A stretch of DNA of 64,000 nt from the human T2T-CHM13v2.0 reference genome, Homo sapiens, in the NCBI RefSeq assembly GCF_009914755.1, contig NC_060942.1, one strand, 5' to 3'. Shown here one piece after another: positions 30,500-48,499 of this stretch. A model generated the notes under the pieces. That model did not search any database and was not told the origin of the DNA. It saw nothing but the letters and a program-made list of their open reading frames with translations. Positions within the stretch are counted from its first letter, which is position 1, and every line of letters starts with the position of its first letter. The translations under genes and the position numbers were made by a program.

Positions 30500-31330
30500 T
30501 TTAATATCTGCAGTCCTTCTTTTTTGGATTCATTTGCTGAAATAAATTCCCTAGTTATTCTTTCAGAAAGGACGTCATCGGGTAAACTTTGTCCAATCAC
30601 TCATCGTTTCTTCACATTAAATTTGAGTTTGAACTGGTAACAAACTAGTATTCATTTTCCCTGAGCACTTGGGAGAATTGATCCAATGACTGCTGGTGTG
30701 TAGAATGAATTGCGATGAAACATCTCATCCTACCTGCTCCTCATTCCCTTGTAAGTAATCTGTGTTCACTTCTCCCTGCAGCCTGGAACCTTTATATATT
30801 CATATATTTATTTATATGTAAATATTCTGAACATTTACCAAGCTGTGTACTTCAGGGAAATTTTCTTTTAATTTGGTCAGTATTTTCCCTCTTCCATTTT
30901 TTGTTCTTTTCTTCTGAAATTCCTATTTGATAGACGTTTGAGGTTTGGCTCTATCCATCATTCCTACATCACTCTTCCCATTCTTTCCATCCCTATGCTT
31001 GTTTTCATGATATTTTTAGGAATCCTTCCAGGACATTTATTCTTTAGTTGTATGCATTTTGCTTTGGACTGACAGCGTGTATCTCCCAGGAGTTTTAAAA
31101 AGAGTGGCTTGGTCTTATTTTATTGAATATTTGAGGACAAAATGATTACATTTCTTTGGTTATTATGCTTATCTGAAAATTGTCTTTGCTTTTTTTTCTG
31201 TTGACAAGGTCTCCTTGGGGTGAGTTAGTTCTTCAGTTTGTTGATTTGATGCTTCTTGTAGGTGTTGGTGTTCTTTCAAAGTTTGGTGATTCTCAGTTAT
31301 CTATTCATGCTCATGTTGAAGGACTGGTTG
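30500..31330 (-). mobile_element. Highly diverged L1M fragment
   Basis: T-rich antisense L1-like motifs (ttttccctgagcact; cttctgaaattcctatttgatagacgtttg); subfamily not resolvable. Confidence 0.45.
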
Positions 31331-32096
31331 AAGACTGAAAATTTCCTCAATCCAAATGAGAAGTGCTGTTTTCTATTCATGTGCATCTTGATCTCTTCTG
31401 TCTGCCTTCTATAATTGTGGGGAGAGCAGGATGGGGGAGACTGCTTTGCTTTGGGGGTGCCAGAGGGGATTTTTCCTTAACTGGAACATAGCCTTCTTGG
31501 CCTCTCTTGTTACAGTCCTCACTTCAGAATACCCACTTGGAGGCTTCACCTGAAGCTGGGCCAGTTCCAGCTCCAAAGGCTCCATTTCATTGCCCCCCTC
31601 ACCCCCAGGGTTCTACTCTGCTTCTCATAAATATAAACCAGCAGAAGAGCTTTTCCTTTGTTGAGAGCACAGTTGCTGGGCCTTGTGAGGCTGAAGGAAA
31701 GTGTGCAGCTGCCTGGACTCAAATGTGCATGAGGATGAGGTGCCCAGGCTACCCTGCTCTTCCAAGACCACCTCCTAATTACTGACACATTTGCCCCAGG
31801 TCCCTTTCTTGTACAGTTTGTCTCTGAGCTTCTCTCCTGGGCTGTGGTTTGTTTTTATCCTTTACCTTTGAAGCTCCATTCTCTTCTGTGTACTTTGGGC
31901 TGTTTTTTTTTTTTTTTTTTTTAGTGCAATTTTATACTTAATTGGATTACATTTGCCTTCTGGTTCTCTGCTTCATATTTTCAGTGTGATTATGGATTGA
32001 TTCTTTGTTTCCATTGCAAGTACCTTGATATATGCCCTTGTCCCTCACCAAGGCTGTAGGTGTATCTTCTATGGGATCTCTAGTGTAAGCCCCTTC

Positions 32097-32380
32097 AGCT
32101 CACGTCCAACACCTAGGCTATCTGCTGTGACAGCCACTGGCCACATGTGACCATTGAGCCCTAGATTTCGAAGACTTTGTACAAAGAAAAAGGAAGGTAA
32201 AGCCCTTAAGAATAATGTAAATACCAATTAAAGTTTGAAATTTTAATATTTTGGATGCATTGGCTTAAACATAGCATTAAAGTTCATTTCATTTCTTTCT
32301 TTTTATTTCTATAATGTTGCTACTGGAAAATTTAAAATCGTATACGTGGCTTGGGTTATATTTCTATTGTTCTACACTGC
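32097..32380 (-). mobile_element. MER33-like hAT MITE (internally deleted)
   Basis: agccactggccacatgtgaccattgagc...aatattttggatgcattggcttaaa...gtggcttgggttatatttctattg. Confidence 0.75.
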
Positions 32381-32559
32381 AGGAGGCGTCATTCCTAAGA
32401 TAAAATTAGGAGGAGTGGGTTAAGATGATGAGCTGGATATGTATACACACTCCCTATTTATTCTCAAATCTCAGCATAAAACACAAAAGTGTAAGATAAT
32501 TTACACTCTTTAAAAAAGGGGCAGTGCAGACAGGAAGAACACCAGAGGTAAATTTCTTT

Positions 32560-32960
32560 GGCAGAATTTATGTGATTTAGGGATCTATTTATCATTAGTG
32601 GAAAGGCAGAAAAAGGCCCAGGAAAAAATTCAATGTTTCCACCTTGGGAAAATGGGCCAATAGTTGTCCTGTTAATGATGTGAACTGGGAAGCTGTAGAA
32701 GGAGAAAAGAGTCTGCGTGAATACGGCAGAGGTGGTGAGAAGACAACGAGTTTGGTTTTGCATTTGCAGTGTTTGAGATGTTCCTGGACTGTCCACATGT
32801 TCAATAAATAGATGACAGAGTGAGCAATGCTGGGAAAAGGGCATAAGGCTGGAGATACGAGATGGGAATCTTCGCTAGGAGTTGTCGCTGCAGTGGATGA
32901 AATCCCCAGGAGCACCGCTACTGAAGAGTGGGCTGATGAGGAAGAGCCTTGAAGGAAAAG
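32560..32960 (-). mobile_element. L2 LINE fragment
   Basis: gagtttggttttgcatttgcagtgtttgagatg...ggctggagatacgagatgggaatc...gtggatgaaatcccccagg. Confidence 0.65.
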
Positions 32961-33914
32961 GGGGTATCAGCAAGAAGAACCTTGATAAACTTCTATACAC
33001 GAAGGCCTAACATAGCAATGATACATGGTAGCCACTTAGTGTTTCAGGAGTTACTAGAATACCAGGTGTGCTTTAACCAGCGAAGCATGTTATCAATCAA
33101 GGGTTTTTAAGAGGTGGCACAAAAACAGGAGAAGGAGAAAGTGCAAACTGTGGACAAAGAGAGTTTGCCCTGGGAACAAGGGAGTCTCACTTTGGTTTTG
33201 ATTGGGATGAACAAATCTTGCTCTTACTCTTGCATGCTTATAAAAGATTCTACTAAGAGACTTAGCCACAGTAGGAAATGTCACCAAATTTACGTGAACT
33301 CCAATTTAAAAAAGAATACAAAGACATTTCAAATCCTAACCACCTGGCCAGAGGGTGATTCCTGTTGTTTTTAAGGCTATAGTGATAGAATTTCAAAGGT
33401 GAAAAGATCTCTTTGTAAACAAAGAGATCTTTGTAAACAAATAGAGGCATGGATTCACTTTATTTCTTTTCTGTGGCCTACATTTGTAACACAAAACACT
33501 GAACAACACCACAAAGCCTAGAATCACTGTCAAAATGTCAATATGGGCACTTGGACTAATTCTTAAGTTAAAGTGAAGGATATTCTGGAGGACCTGAATG
33601 AAAGACTTGACTGAGTTTCTAATGTTTTGCAAAAAATAAGTAGCCAGACAAGGTTGACTTAAAACCATAATCTATGGTGGTGGATCCAAAATAAATCTTA
33701 AGAACAACATAAAGACAAAGGCTTAGCAGCTCAAGCCATCTGTTTTTGGAAATTTTGGCTTTTGGGATTTAAGAACAGATTTAAATGTATGAATTTGTCA
33801 CTGATTGGAACAACCCATTATCTAGATACTGGAGTAGGTTGTGATCAAATCATAACATAATACCTAAAGAGGCATCAATATAGTGTTGTAGAAAGAACAA
33901 TAGATTTAAAGTTC

Positions 33915-35420
33915 CTCCACTCAACAAACATGCTTGTGTGTGTGTCTACTACCCTGCAAGTACTGTTCTAAATAATAGAGTACAGGCCAGGCACGGTGAC
34001 TCACATCTGTAATCCCAGCATTTTGGGAGGCCGAGGTGGGCTGATTACCTGAGGTCAGGAGTTCGAGACAAGCCTGGCTAACATGGCGAAACCCCATCTC
34101 TACTAAAAATACAAAAATTATCCAGGCGTGATGGCATGCACCTGTAATCCCAGCTACTCAGGAGGCTGAGGCAGGAGAATTGCTTGAACCCGGGAGGCGG
34201 AGGTTGCCGTGAGCCGAGATCCTACCACTGCACTGGGCGACCGGGTAAGACTCCATGTCAAAAAAAAAAAAAAAAAATAGAGTACAGCTATTAAGAAGAC
34301 AAAATCTCTGCCTGCCTGCTTGGAGTTAACAATGTAGTTGTCAGATACAGACAAATACTTAAGTAAACAACCATATGAATAATTTTAAATAATAAGTGCC
34401 CTGAAAAAAATAAAAATGGGACACAGAATGATAGGGTGGTAGAAACCACATTCGCTAATGCGGTTGGAGGGGAGCACTACAGGGAACAGCAGCTAGAAAG
34501 GGTGAAAGCTCAGAGGCTGGAGAAGCTTGTTATGTTCAAGAAGGAGAAAGGGGGCCAGGGTGGCTGGAGTTTCACAGGGCTTGGTGGGTGGGGAAGTAGT
34601 AGGAGATGAGGATGGAGAAGTAGTGCTCTATTTGCCTTAAGAAGTTTGGATTTGGTTCTATTTGTTGGGGGGAAGGCTTTAGCAGGTTTTAACCACGGAA
34701 CTGTTATGATCTAATTCACCCTACCACAAAATCACTCCAGCTGCTCAGTGGAGAATGAACCATTGGAGGTAAGAGTGGGAACTGAGGAATGAATTATGAA
34801 GCTATTGCCATGGATTAGGGGATGAGAAAATCTCTGGTTGCAGAAGATGAGATACTAAAAAAAATCGGACTAGAAACTGTTTGGGAGCCAAAACTGATCA
34901 AAGGGGTTTTGGAAAGATAGCACAAAAAAGAAATCCAAGACAATGCTTAAGTTTTTGGCTTAAGCAACTGATATATGGGGATGATATCTACTGAGGCAGG
35001 AAAGACGGGACAGAAGTAGGCTTGAGGTAAGTGAGGATTTTGTTTTGGACCTGTTACATTGGAGATGTTTATTAGATATTCAAGTGGAGAGGCCGAGTTG
35101 GCAGCTGGATTAACGAGTATGAGGTGAGAGGGGACGTCTGAGCTAGAGATAACAGATTTGGATGACATCAGCATGTTGATGTTATCTGAAACCTTGGGAC
35201 TAAATGAGATCATCTAGGAATAGAGGAGAAGGTCATCAGGAAAAGAGCTGCTTGGGGCATTCAATGTTCTGAGGTCCAAGAGAGGAGGAGGAGGAGGAGA
35301 AAGCCAGGTTTTCTAAGAGAAGTGGCCAGTGAAGCAGAAGGGAAACCAGGAGGTGAGGTAGTCCAGAACCTGGAGAAGAGAGTAGTTTAAAAAGGAAGGA
35401 CTAGTCCACTGGCTCAAACT
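33915..35420 (-). mobile_element. L2 LINE, interrupted by an Alu
   Basis: cactcaacaaacatg start; ttttggcttaagcaactg; tgttttggacctgttacattggagatgtttattagatattcaagtggaga. Confidence 0.8.
33985..34275 (+). mobile_element. AluS (Sx-like)
   Basis: Dimeric Alu; TSD aatagagtaca (33974-33984 / 34276-34286). Confidence 0.96.
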
Positions 35421-35703
35421 GCTGAGTGACTAATCTTATTTTAATATGTCTGTGTAAATATGGCAGTGCCTGTCTACATTGGTGGAGGGAATGTGCCTAC
35501 CACATTGTAGAGGGCATTCCATAAATACTAACTTATCTTTCTTCCTCAAAACAGTCGCTGGGCTCCAGCCAGGCACTGCCAGGCACTGTGGTAGGCACTG
35601 AGCGAATCAGCAAGGAATGAGAAATAGATTATGAACTGATGAGCTCACAGTGACTTTAACCTTTGCAGATATTTGTCCTGGCATTGCAGAGTTTTATTTA
35701 GAA

Positions 35704-35890
35704 CAGTGATTCTCAAGATGTGGTACTGCGATCAACAGACTCTGCAGAACCTGGGAACTCATTAAAAATGCAAATTCTAGGGCTTCACCCCAGACCTACT
35801 GAATCCCAGACTCTGGGGTTGAGGCCCAGGAACCTGAGTTTTAACAATCCCTGCAGGTGACTGATGCCGGCTGAAATTTGAGAACCACTG
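35704..35890. mobile_element. MER5A hAT-Charlie MITE
   Basis: Terminal inverted repeats (TIRs) cagtgattctcaa / ttgagaaccactg; aaatgcaaattct...cccagacctactgaatc. Confidence 0.9.
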
Positions 35891-38800
35891 GTAAGGAGGA
35901 GAGCAGGCTGTCCTCTGCAGAGCTGTCATTTAAGCTCCATTTAAACATTATAGTCTCTAAAGAGAAAGTGTAAAACAGATGTAATGGTAGTATTGATCAC
36001 TCTCTGTTTCATTTCTGAAGCCCATACTTGGTTATTTTGTCTTAAAGAGCATTTGACTCTACTTTTGGCTTCAGACTATGTGGAGCTATTTTTAAAAATT
36101 CGAGTTTATGTATTTCCACAACTAAGTATAACTGTTAAGGGCTTCTGAGAAAATCACCCAACTATGCAGATTGATCCCCACACACACATATAGGATAAAT
36201 GTGTGCCTCTCAGCTGCACTGGACACCTAACACCGAGAGGCAAGCCATACTTCCCTTCTTAGGACTCCTTCACATTCTCCTTGTGGCTGTTTTGAACATT
36301 TCATTTGTCCATTTGCTTATCACTACCAATAAATCATCTTACTGCTTACTCTTCACAGATAAAATAAGTTATTGGAAAAACTTCCTGACACTAATCCAGA
36401 ATATGTAACTAGCTCTATCACATCTTTCTGCTTTTGATCATGTTTAGATGAAGGAGACATAACTGCTCTAATCTGAGCATAAATTTACTGGGACCTCACC
36501 CTGCCCCACTTCTTTCTCCTGTATCTTAAATCCTTCACTGACCCTTAGTATCTTTCCTTTAATATTTAAATATGCTAAGATACTCTTTCATCTTAAAAGG
36601 CAACGCTAGATCTTACCCCAATTTCACATCATTTTTACGCAGCTATTGATCTCCACTTTTTATTTTATGCAGTAAAATTTCTAGCACTTGTCTATCTTGT
36701 TCCCTTTCTATCCCTATTAATCAGTGTGTCATTAGCTCATGGCAGGCACTCAACTAAGACCTGCTGAATAAAATGGCTAACTATACACCTTAAAAAAAAC
36801 TTGAAAACACAGAAAGTTACTGAAAAACATATTTTGTGCAATCTCTTTACCCAAACAGACCATCACGGAAGTTTTAAATAGTTAACATCTTTATATTTGT
36901 ATTCCTGGCTTTCAAAAGACAGATCACAGTTTGATGAAGTTTTAGAGAGAACACAGTAATATTTGGAGGCTGATTTCAAACCAATATTCAATTATTTGTG
37001 CAAATATTATTTAGAACAAGTGGAGGTAATTGAAATTCAAAGAAAATGCCTTTCCTGAAAACTGTGAATCATCATACCCAATCAAACTTTTATTGGAACA
37101 GCTAATAAGTAATACCATGCAAGGGAGGTTTATTTTTTTCTTCCTTGTCCCTGCCCAGCTATGTGGAACTAATAATCAAAATAATTAGCAACAAGAAGAG
37201 AAATATAATTAAGAGGACCTGGTAACAAACAAAACTATTGATTTCTTTTGAAGAAAAATGACACGGCATTCTTTCTCCAACTTTCTTTTAAAAGACATTT
37301 TGCAGGTGGCAAGAGACCAGCGAGACAACAAAGGAAAGAAGTTAACTAATGAATGAACAGCACTGGGGACATAGGATGTATATTCTGAAAGAGAAATACT
37401 ATTTTCCTTAACAATATTCAAAGAAAATTATGATTATTTTGCTACTATGAAAGAGTTTACAAGGAAAAATTTGAAGATTGAAGTAGTTCAACTTTCCAGG
37501 TCAAACTATGCGAACTTCCATCTGCCAAATTTTACAGCAATTCTATTAAAAACAATATACTAGAAATCTCACTAATGATCATGTAGTCAATCAACACACC
37601 AATAATTGTCATCTGAAAAGAAATACAACTTTTAGTCATTCCTTCTTGAAGACTAAGTGGCAGAGAAAAACAGTGAGGTCTCCTACGGTTACCACTGGTT
37701 TTTGCAAAACGTTCTGTCACATTTTACTCAATTAGGCGTTGACTGAGTGTATTACACCGCTGACCCATTCTAGCCGTAGGAAAAGAATATTAAAGAGAAA
37801 AGGGTGCTTGTTCTCGAAACAAAATAGATATACACAGAAAGACAGTGGTTTAAGACCTTATTTGTAAAAGAGATCCAGAAAAAAGTAGAAGTACCTGTCC
37901 TTGCAGAAAAACTGTGGCCCAAGTTATAGCAGTTTCACGATTTCGGTCTATTCTTAAAAAAAATCCTACCAAAGAAATTAGCACAGATGCAGCTCTTCAG
38001 TATTTTATTTTAGTAGTGACTATCCACAGATTATGCAAAATCAAAATTAGGCCCTTAATAAGAGTGCCAGCTTCCTTCTGCCAACTATTCTATGTCTGTC
38101 AGCTTGCAGTTAAGGAGGCTCTAGCCAGCGATGATCCTTATATAATTTTTTAATGTGTTTCACGTAAAGGGCCTTTCTTGAATAGAATATGTAAAGGAAA
38201 AGACTCTAGGATTAAATACTTCTGATAAAGGGCCTTCTTAAGACTATCAGTCCTGTCTGTGTCTGTGTGTTAAGATGGAAAGCACACGAACAGAAGTCAG
38301 CAGATTTGTTGTGTTACGATGTGGGTGTTTAATCAGTGCTTAATACTAGTGGTAAGTTTGATTAATGTTTGTCTTTGTAGGTAAAGCAACAGAACACAGT
38401 TTTCCAGAGCAACATGAAGCAAACGTATTACAAAAATGAAAATGCAAAATTTAAGATGAGTTGACTACCATTGTACTCCTGCAATTTCCCTTGTCATCAT
38501 TCTCTTCTTTCATATAAAAATATGATTTTATTGAATTTTATTTTGGCTAAATAATCAGAGTTTTAGTTTTAAATCTCATAGAGAATAAATGAGATGAATT
38601 CTTTGCATATTTTCAAACCTCGGAGTTCCATGACAATATGACAACTAGAAACAAAGGAAAAGAAAATAAAACAATTTCATCCCAGTATTCTTATTGAAGC
38701 CATTAGGATCAATTTTGTAGCACTAATAATAAAAAGCTCTCCAAAGAAAGAGAGCTTTGGTAATGAACCTTTGTACTTTAACTCAAATACACTGTCAAAA

Positions 38801-39647
38801 GCGATTTTACAACAAATGTGAGTGCTACAAATTACAGCAAATATATAATAGAAATGTGTGGGACATGAGAGAGAAATGTTGGCCTCATCAAGAAGTACAT
38901 CTTCTAGAAAATCTAAAAAATAAAGAGAAACAAAGAAGATAAACATCTTGCCCCATATTAGACTGCAAAATAGTAATACAGTTTCACTCTTAGTTTTTAA
39001 TCAATTAATTCTCAAACAGGTACTAAATTTAGAATGAAGGATATGTTATTACTAAATCATATTAGAGATATCTTGACATTAATATTAACATTAAAAATCT
39101 GGAAGCAAAAGGGTTTCTTCCCCCTAATTGAACTGAAATCCACTTTAATATCAACTGGGATTCAAGAATAAAATATAAGCCCCTGCCCTAGTTCTGAGGT
39201 CCCCATAGGAGCCCTGCATCCTGGGCCTATGAGGTCTGCTTCCACCCTTGTCTCTGGGCTAGGTATGCATTTATTTCCAGAAGTGGGAAATGCTGGAATA
39301 GAGATTTAAGGCCTAATCAAGCATTGAGACAGCTGGAACCACCTTCCAGTTTCACATCTGTCCCCCTCTAGCACCCCACATCTATTCCAGGTTATTGCAA
39401 CCAAAGAACAGCTCCCTCTGCCTGCCTTCTTTCGGTAGCTACAGCACAACCTCAAGGTCGCTTTTCTCCACCCAGCTTTCAGTCTGTAGCATTGACCTAG
39501 AGAATGAACCAGACTCTGGCCTCTGGCAAGAACTTTGCAGTAAATTGTTGACCAGTTTGTGATGGTAGTTTCTATTATTTCTTTTCAGAGGTAGGAGTTC
39601 TTTTCATGCTAACTGCTTTCCATTAGTTTAGAATTAAGTCCTCTAAA

Positions 39648-39921
39648 TCAGTGGCTTAACATTTTTTTTGACTGCTACCGATGGTAACAAATTTTACATC
39701 CTAACCAGTATATATACAGGGAAATACATACATAAGACATTTATAAAATGTATGCTAACATATATATGACATAATATCACATATGTGTGCATGTATACCT
39801 GAAACATGTTTTGTAAATAAGTCCAATGTATTTTGCCTATTCTATTCTTTTGTTTTTTCTAAAAAAGTATTGGTATGTGTAATTGACTGGTATGATGCAC
39901 CCCCAAGTGTTTGCAGACTGC
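39648..39921. mobile_element. hAT-Charlie MITE relic (MER119-like)
   Basis: cagtggcttaacattttttttgact...aaattttacatc start and ...gtttgcagactg end; AT-rich interior. Confidence 0.45.
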
Positions 39922-40499
39922 ATTTTATATTGTTCCAAGACTTAACCTTTAAGACTCTTTTGTCCATCTATCCTTTGGTAAGCTAAGCTGTACTAAGGAT
40001 AACATAGAGAAATATCAGTGTATCCAAAAAGAATTCCTGGCTGATGGTTTTGAAGAGTCACAGGGCAATAGGTTTAGAAAATCTTGTTCTCTAAATAGCA
40101 ATAAAACTTAAACCTGGCAAATTCTTAAGTATCTTTCATTAAGCAATCCATGGAGTTTTATTTTAATAAGCATAATAATTTTCATGACAGCCTTAGTGAA
40201 TATTGAGGGACAAGAAAAACTCAAAACCAGGGTTTTATGCAACTGTAAAGTGCTGGTCCAGTTGAGTAAGGGAGGATCCTGTGAATTAACTAAGGGAAGA
40301 CTCTTTACTTGGGTTCTCATCAGGAGACCATGAATAGCTTTGGTCATTTAACGGTGTCCAACTAACAAGATAACAATCCTGTAATGTGTAAGGTTTCAGT
40401 TTTCAAGGATATAACTAAAGAAGTGTTTTCAATTAAAATATTACAGTTTACCTTGTTTTTAAATTTTTTATGAGTTTATAAACTATATAATACCTCTTA

Positions 40500-40682
<183 letters not shown>

Positions 40683-40812
40683 AAAAATTATATCTATCTA
40701 TATCAGTTTATATATAACTCTCCCTAGTCCTCTGGTTGATTCATTCTGTCTTTTCTGTCTTCAGTTATTTATATTCAAACATGTTTCCTTGGTGTGTTTG
40801 AGGCAGTTGAGT

Positions 40813-40855
40813 CACACACACACACACTCTCTCTCTCTCTCTTTCTTTCTTTCTC
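40813..40855 (+). repeat. Compound microsatellite (CA)n(CT)n(CTTT)n
   Basis: cacacacacacacactctctctctctctctttctttctttctc read directly. Confidence 0.9.
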
Positions 40856-42133
40856 ATAGTTTTAGAATTATACAGTGTTTGGGATATAGATAAGTAGATC
40901 TGTGGGAACCTGATTATTAAGTGACTAGATTCAGTCCCTGGCATCCGATAGTCCTAACTAATCTATTTTTTAAGAAGCAACTATTGAGCACCACTGTCCA
41001 CGTAGGAACTTTGTTATGTTGAGCTCTCAGCTTTCCTGAGACTCCTGTGACACCATCACAGCAACATGACACCTCAGGGAGGGAGGTTTGGGCAAATCAC
41101 ACTAGCTCCCCCTGCCCTGGCCAGCAACACTGAGAGGCAGATGGGCGGGGAGGTGCCTATCCCTAGCCTGAAGCCAAAAGACTTTCTTTTCTGTTCCCCA
41201 ATCTGTGTTTAGAGACCCAAAGAATAAGCCCATAGGGCAGAGGACTTTTATTCTAAAAGAGGCTCTATTCTACATTAATTAGGCTTCAGACTCCAAAAGG
41301 ATAACAAGCGTGAGCTCAAGTAAGCAAAGCCTTTTTGCTGCAGGGTGTTGTGTCTAATAGCTAATTTAAAAATATCAACAAATCACTGTCCAAAGAAACT
41401 TAATTCTGGGACTATTAAGGTATTATCATCTGCTTGTTTTTATTCAAGTTGAGTAATCCAATCTTTATTGAATACTTACAATGTACAAAATAATTTCCTA
41501 GATTCTATAAGGAACACAGAAACTAAGATGGTCCTACCTTCAGGCTGCTGCTATCTAATTAGAAAAAAACCATTTTCAGTAAAAGAGAATAGTCAGAATA
41601 GCCATAGCCAAAAAAAAAAAAAAAAAAAAGTCAATACATTTGCTTTTAATCAGGTTGTAAGATTTATCTGGAGCCAATGACAAATAATAAGCTACTAGTC
41701 ATTTCCGTCCTGGAAGCTGCAATTCATCTCAGTTTGTATGAGCTCCGTCACCTTTGTGCTCCTGTTACTCCTGGTTTGGGACTCAATTTCACTTCAGGAG
41801 GGGAGTGGTGGAGTATATGGTTCCTGCTTAGGCTTTAGGAGCCAGGGACTTCCCTATTTCACCTGTGGTTCCTGTGTGAGCATCCCCTAGGGAACATGCT
41901 GGAAGGATTCTAACTCGACTACATTTCTTCTGCCAGTGTTGTTGGCAGGCCAACTGAGAGTCTTTTCCAAATTGCCTGCCAATTTTTTTCCCTCAATTTT
42001 AGATAATTTTATTCTTTCTGAAACCTGACAAACTAAATCTAGGCTAGAAAGTTCCGGGGAAGGCCCAGGGCTCGGGATCCATGTTAACCAGCTGAGGGTT
42101 CACAAGGAAAACACAGGAGAAGATAATACTGTA

Positions 42134-42717
<584 letters not shown>

Positions 42718-43124
42718 TATTAAGATCTTTTAATTCAGGGCTTTTAAATATTTTCAAAAGAACTTTTAACTTCCTAAGGGAAGCTTCAGATTTCAATAGT
42801 TCTTCACACAAAAAGATCTCACTTTCTGAGGAGAGAAAAAGTCCAGCTTTTCCATGAATATATCATGGGTTTGCTTCACTCTCAGCATGGCCACTGTTTG
42901 CTTTTCTTCTTTACTGGACTAATTGCCCTGGTGTTCCTGCTTTGGTTAAAAGTGAAACATAAAGAACTTATTATTAATCAGGTAAATGGGAGTATGACAT
43001 TGAAAACATTCAATGTCAAAAGACCTAACATAAAAAGGAGGTTTTAGGTGATTGAAACAGGGAAGAGGACAGTATAAGACTCACACCGATGAGTAGTATT
43101 TTACAATTTATAAATAAAAAATAT

Positions 43125-43530
43125 AAAAGCAATACATAGCATGGAATATTATTCAGTCTTACATAGGTAGGAAATCCTGTCATATAGTACAACATGGATA
43201 AACCTTGAGGACATAAAAAAAAAATAAAAATAAAAATTAATCAGTCTCAAAAAGGCAAATCCTGTATGATTCTACTTATATGAGGTAACTAAAGTAGTCA
43301 AATTCGTAGACACAGAAAGTGGAATGGTGATTGCCAGGGGCTGGGCAAGGGGAAATAAATGGGGAGTTGTTATTTAATGGGTACAGAGTTTCAGTTTTGC
43401 AAGATGAAGATTTCTGGAGATCTGTTGCACCACAATGTGAAGGTACTTAACACTATTGAACTGTACACTCAAAGAAAGTAAGGATGGTTACTTTTATGTG
43501 TTTTTTAATTACAATTAAAAATAAAAATTA
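43125..43530 (+). mobile_element. L1MB 3' end
   Basis: atggaatattattcag...acaacatggataaaccttgagg...gggtacagagtttcagttttgcaagatgaa. Confidence 0.88.
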
Positions 43531-43544
43531 TATATATAAATACA

Positions 43545-44511
43545 TATGCAAAACAAACACTTCATACAACTCACTAACAAAACAAACATCCCCATCAAAA
43601 ATGGGCAAGGAAATTGAATGGACCTTTCTCCAAACAGGATATGCAAGTGGCCCATCAATACATGAAAAGATGTTCAACATCACTAATCATTAGGGCAACG
43701 CAAATCAAAACCACAGTGAGATACCGCTTCACACCTGTTAGGATGGTTATTATTGAAAGAAACAGAAAGTGAGTGTTGGCAAAGATGTGGAGAAATTGGA
43801 ACCCTTGAACGCACTCACTGTGGAAAATGGCTTGGTGGTTGTTAAAAAAATTAAACACAGAATTACCGTATGATCCAGCAATCCCACTATGGGTATATAC
43901 TGCAAAAAATAGAAACTAGGGACTCAAACAGATATTGGTACACCCATGCTCATGGCAGCATTATTTACAGTAGCCAAAAAGTGAAGCAACCCAAGTGCCC
44001 TAAGAAGAATGAATGGATACAAAATGTGATGTACATATAGAATAGAATATTATTTAGCCTTAAAAAGCCAGGAAATTCTGACACATCCTACGACATGGAT
44101 GAACCTCAAAGACATTGTGCAAAGTGAAATAAGCCAGTCACAAAAACACAAATATTGTATAATTTAATTTACATGAGGTACCTAGAGAAATCAAATTCAT
44201 AGAGTCAGAAAGTAGAATAGTGGTTACCATGGCCTGGGGGAGAGGGAATGGGAAGTCAGTGTTTAAGGGGTGCAGAGTTTCCACTTGGGAAGACGAACAG
44301 GTTCTGGAGATGGATGGTGGTGACGGTTGTACAACAATGTGAAATACTTAATGCCACTAAACTGTACACTTAAAAAGTGGTTAAGGCCGAGGGCAGTGGC
44401 TCATGCCTGTAATCCCAGCACTTTGAGAGGCTGAGGTGGTTGGATCACCTAAGGTCGGGAGTTTGAGACCAGCCTGACCAACATGGAGAAACCCGTCTCT
44501 ACTAAAAATAC

Positions 44512-44547
<36 letters not shown>

Positions 44548-44740
44548 GATAATTAGCCAGGTGTGGTGGTGCATGCCTGTAATCCCAGCTCTTTGGGAGG
44601 CTGAGGAAGGAGAATCGCTTGAACCCGGGAGGCAGAGGTTGCACTGCACTCCAGCCTGGGCAACAAGAGCAAAACTCTGTCTCAAAAAAAAAGTGGTTAA
44701 AAGGGTGAATTTTATGTTATACATATTACCATAATAACAA
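43545..44740 (+). mobile_element. L1MB ORF2 end plus 3' UTR, interrupted by an AluSp
   Basis: catgaaaagatgttcaacatcactaatcattaggg...ttaccgtatgatccagcaatcccact...gttctggagatggatggtggtgacggttg. Confidence 0.9.
44385..44692 (+). mobile_element. AluSp with (AAT)11 linker and right-arm deletion
   Basis: cctgaccaacatggagaaaccc; TSD aaaaagtggttaa (44372-44384 / 44688-44700). Confidence 0.95.
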
Positions 44741-45290
44741 ATGCATTAAGGAAAATATAGAGAATAGAAAAAATGAAATAAACATCACCCATAATTCTCA
44801 GCACCCTAGCTTACCACTGCTATGTTTTCTTCTGGTGTTCTCTGTTCCCTGCATATTTTTATATAGTATTAATTTTCTTCATGTTACTGGGCAGTCTTTG
44901 TAATTTTTAAATCTATACCTATGTCAAGAGAAAATTACTCTGTTCATTTCTTTTTGATTTGGAAAATAATTTGAGGTTAAATTATTTGTACTTATAACTT
45001 TGTATTTATGACTTTTTACATTATTTTCTTAGGAGAATGTCCTGTAATGAAATCATGGAGTTAAAGGCATGAATCTATTTTTAGCATTTAATATACAAGA
45101 CAAATTGATTTTCAAAAACTCTGTATTAAATTATAACGTTATCAGCAAGTTATAAAGGTACTATTCTCATCATGCCCTCATCAAAGATTAGGTCATATCA
45201 TTTTTTAAATCTGTTAATTTAATAGAAAAAATATATCTCATGATTTAGATTTGCATTTCTCTTAGATTACAGGTAAGGTTAAATTGTTAA

Positions 45291-45708
<418 letters not shown>

Positions 45709-45761
45709 TAAACTGTACTAAAATGCTGAAATGTCAGTTAATGAATTATGTTTATTCTGTG

Positions 45762-47016
<1,255 letters not shown>

Positions 47017-47309
47017 CTGATTCTTACTTTTATGGTTTCTTCTATTGTTCCAAAGCTCTTCCCACTCTAGAACTTTCGAAGGCGATTCAATTTTCCCCCT
47101 AGTTTTTTTATGGGTTGACGTTGCACACTTAACTTCTTCCACTTGGAATTTACTATGTTGTATAGGACAGATCTTGATGGACAGAGGCAGAGGAGGGGGA
47201 ACAGTATTAGTGAGGTTTTAGAGGAAGAATTAAATGAAGAGTACGTGGAAAGTGTACGTAGGTAAATCCACCTCTCTGGTGAAATGACCACATTGAGTAA
47301 TAAAGACAT

Positions 47310-48499
<1,190 letters not shown>

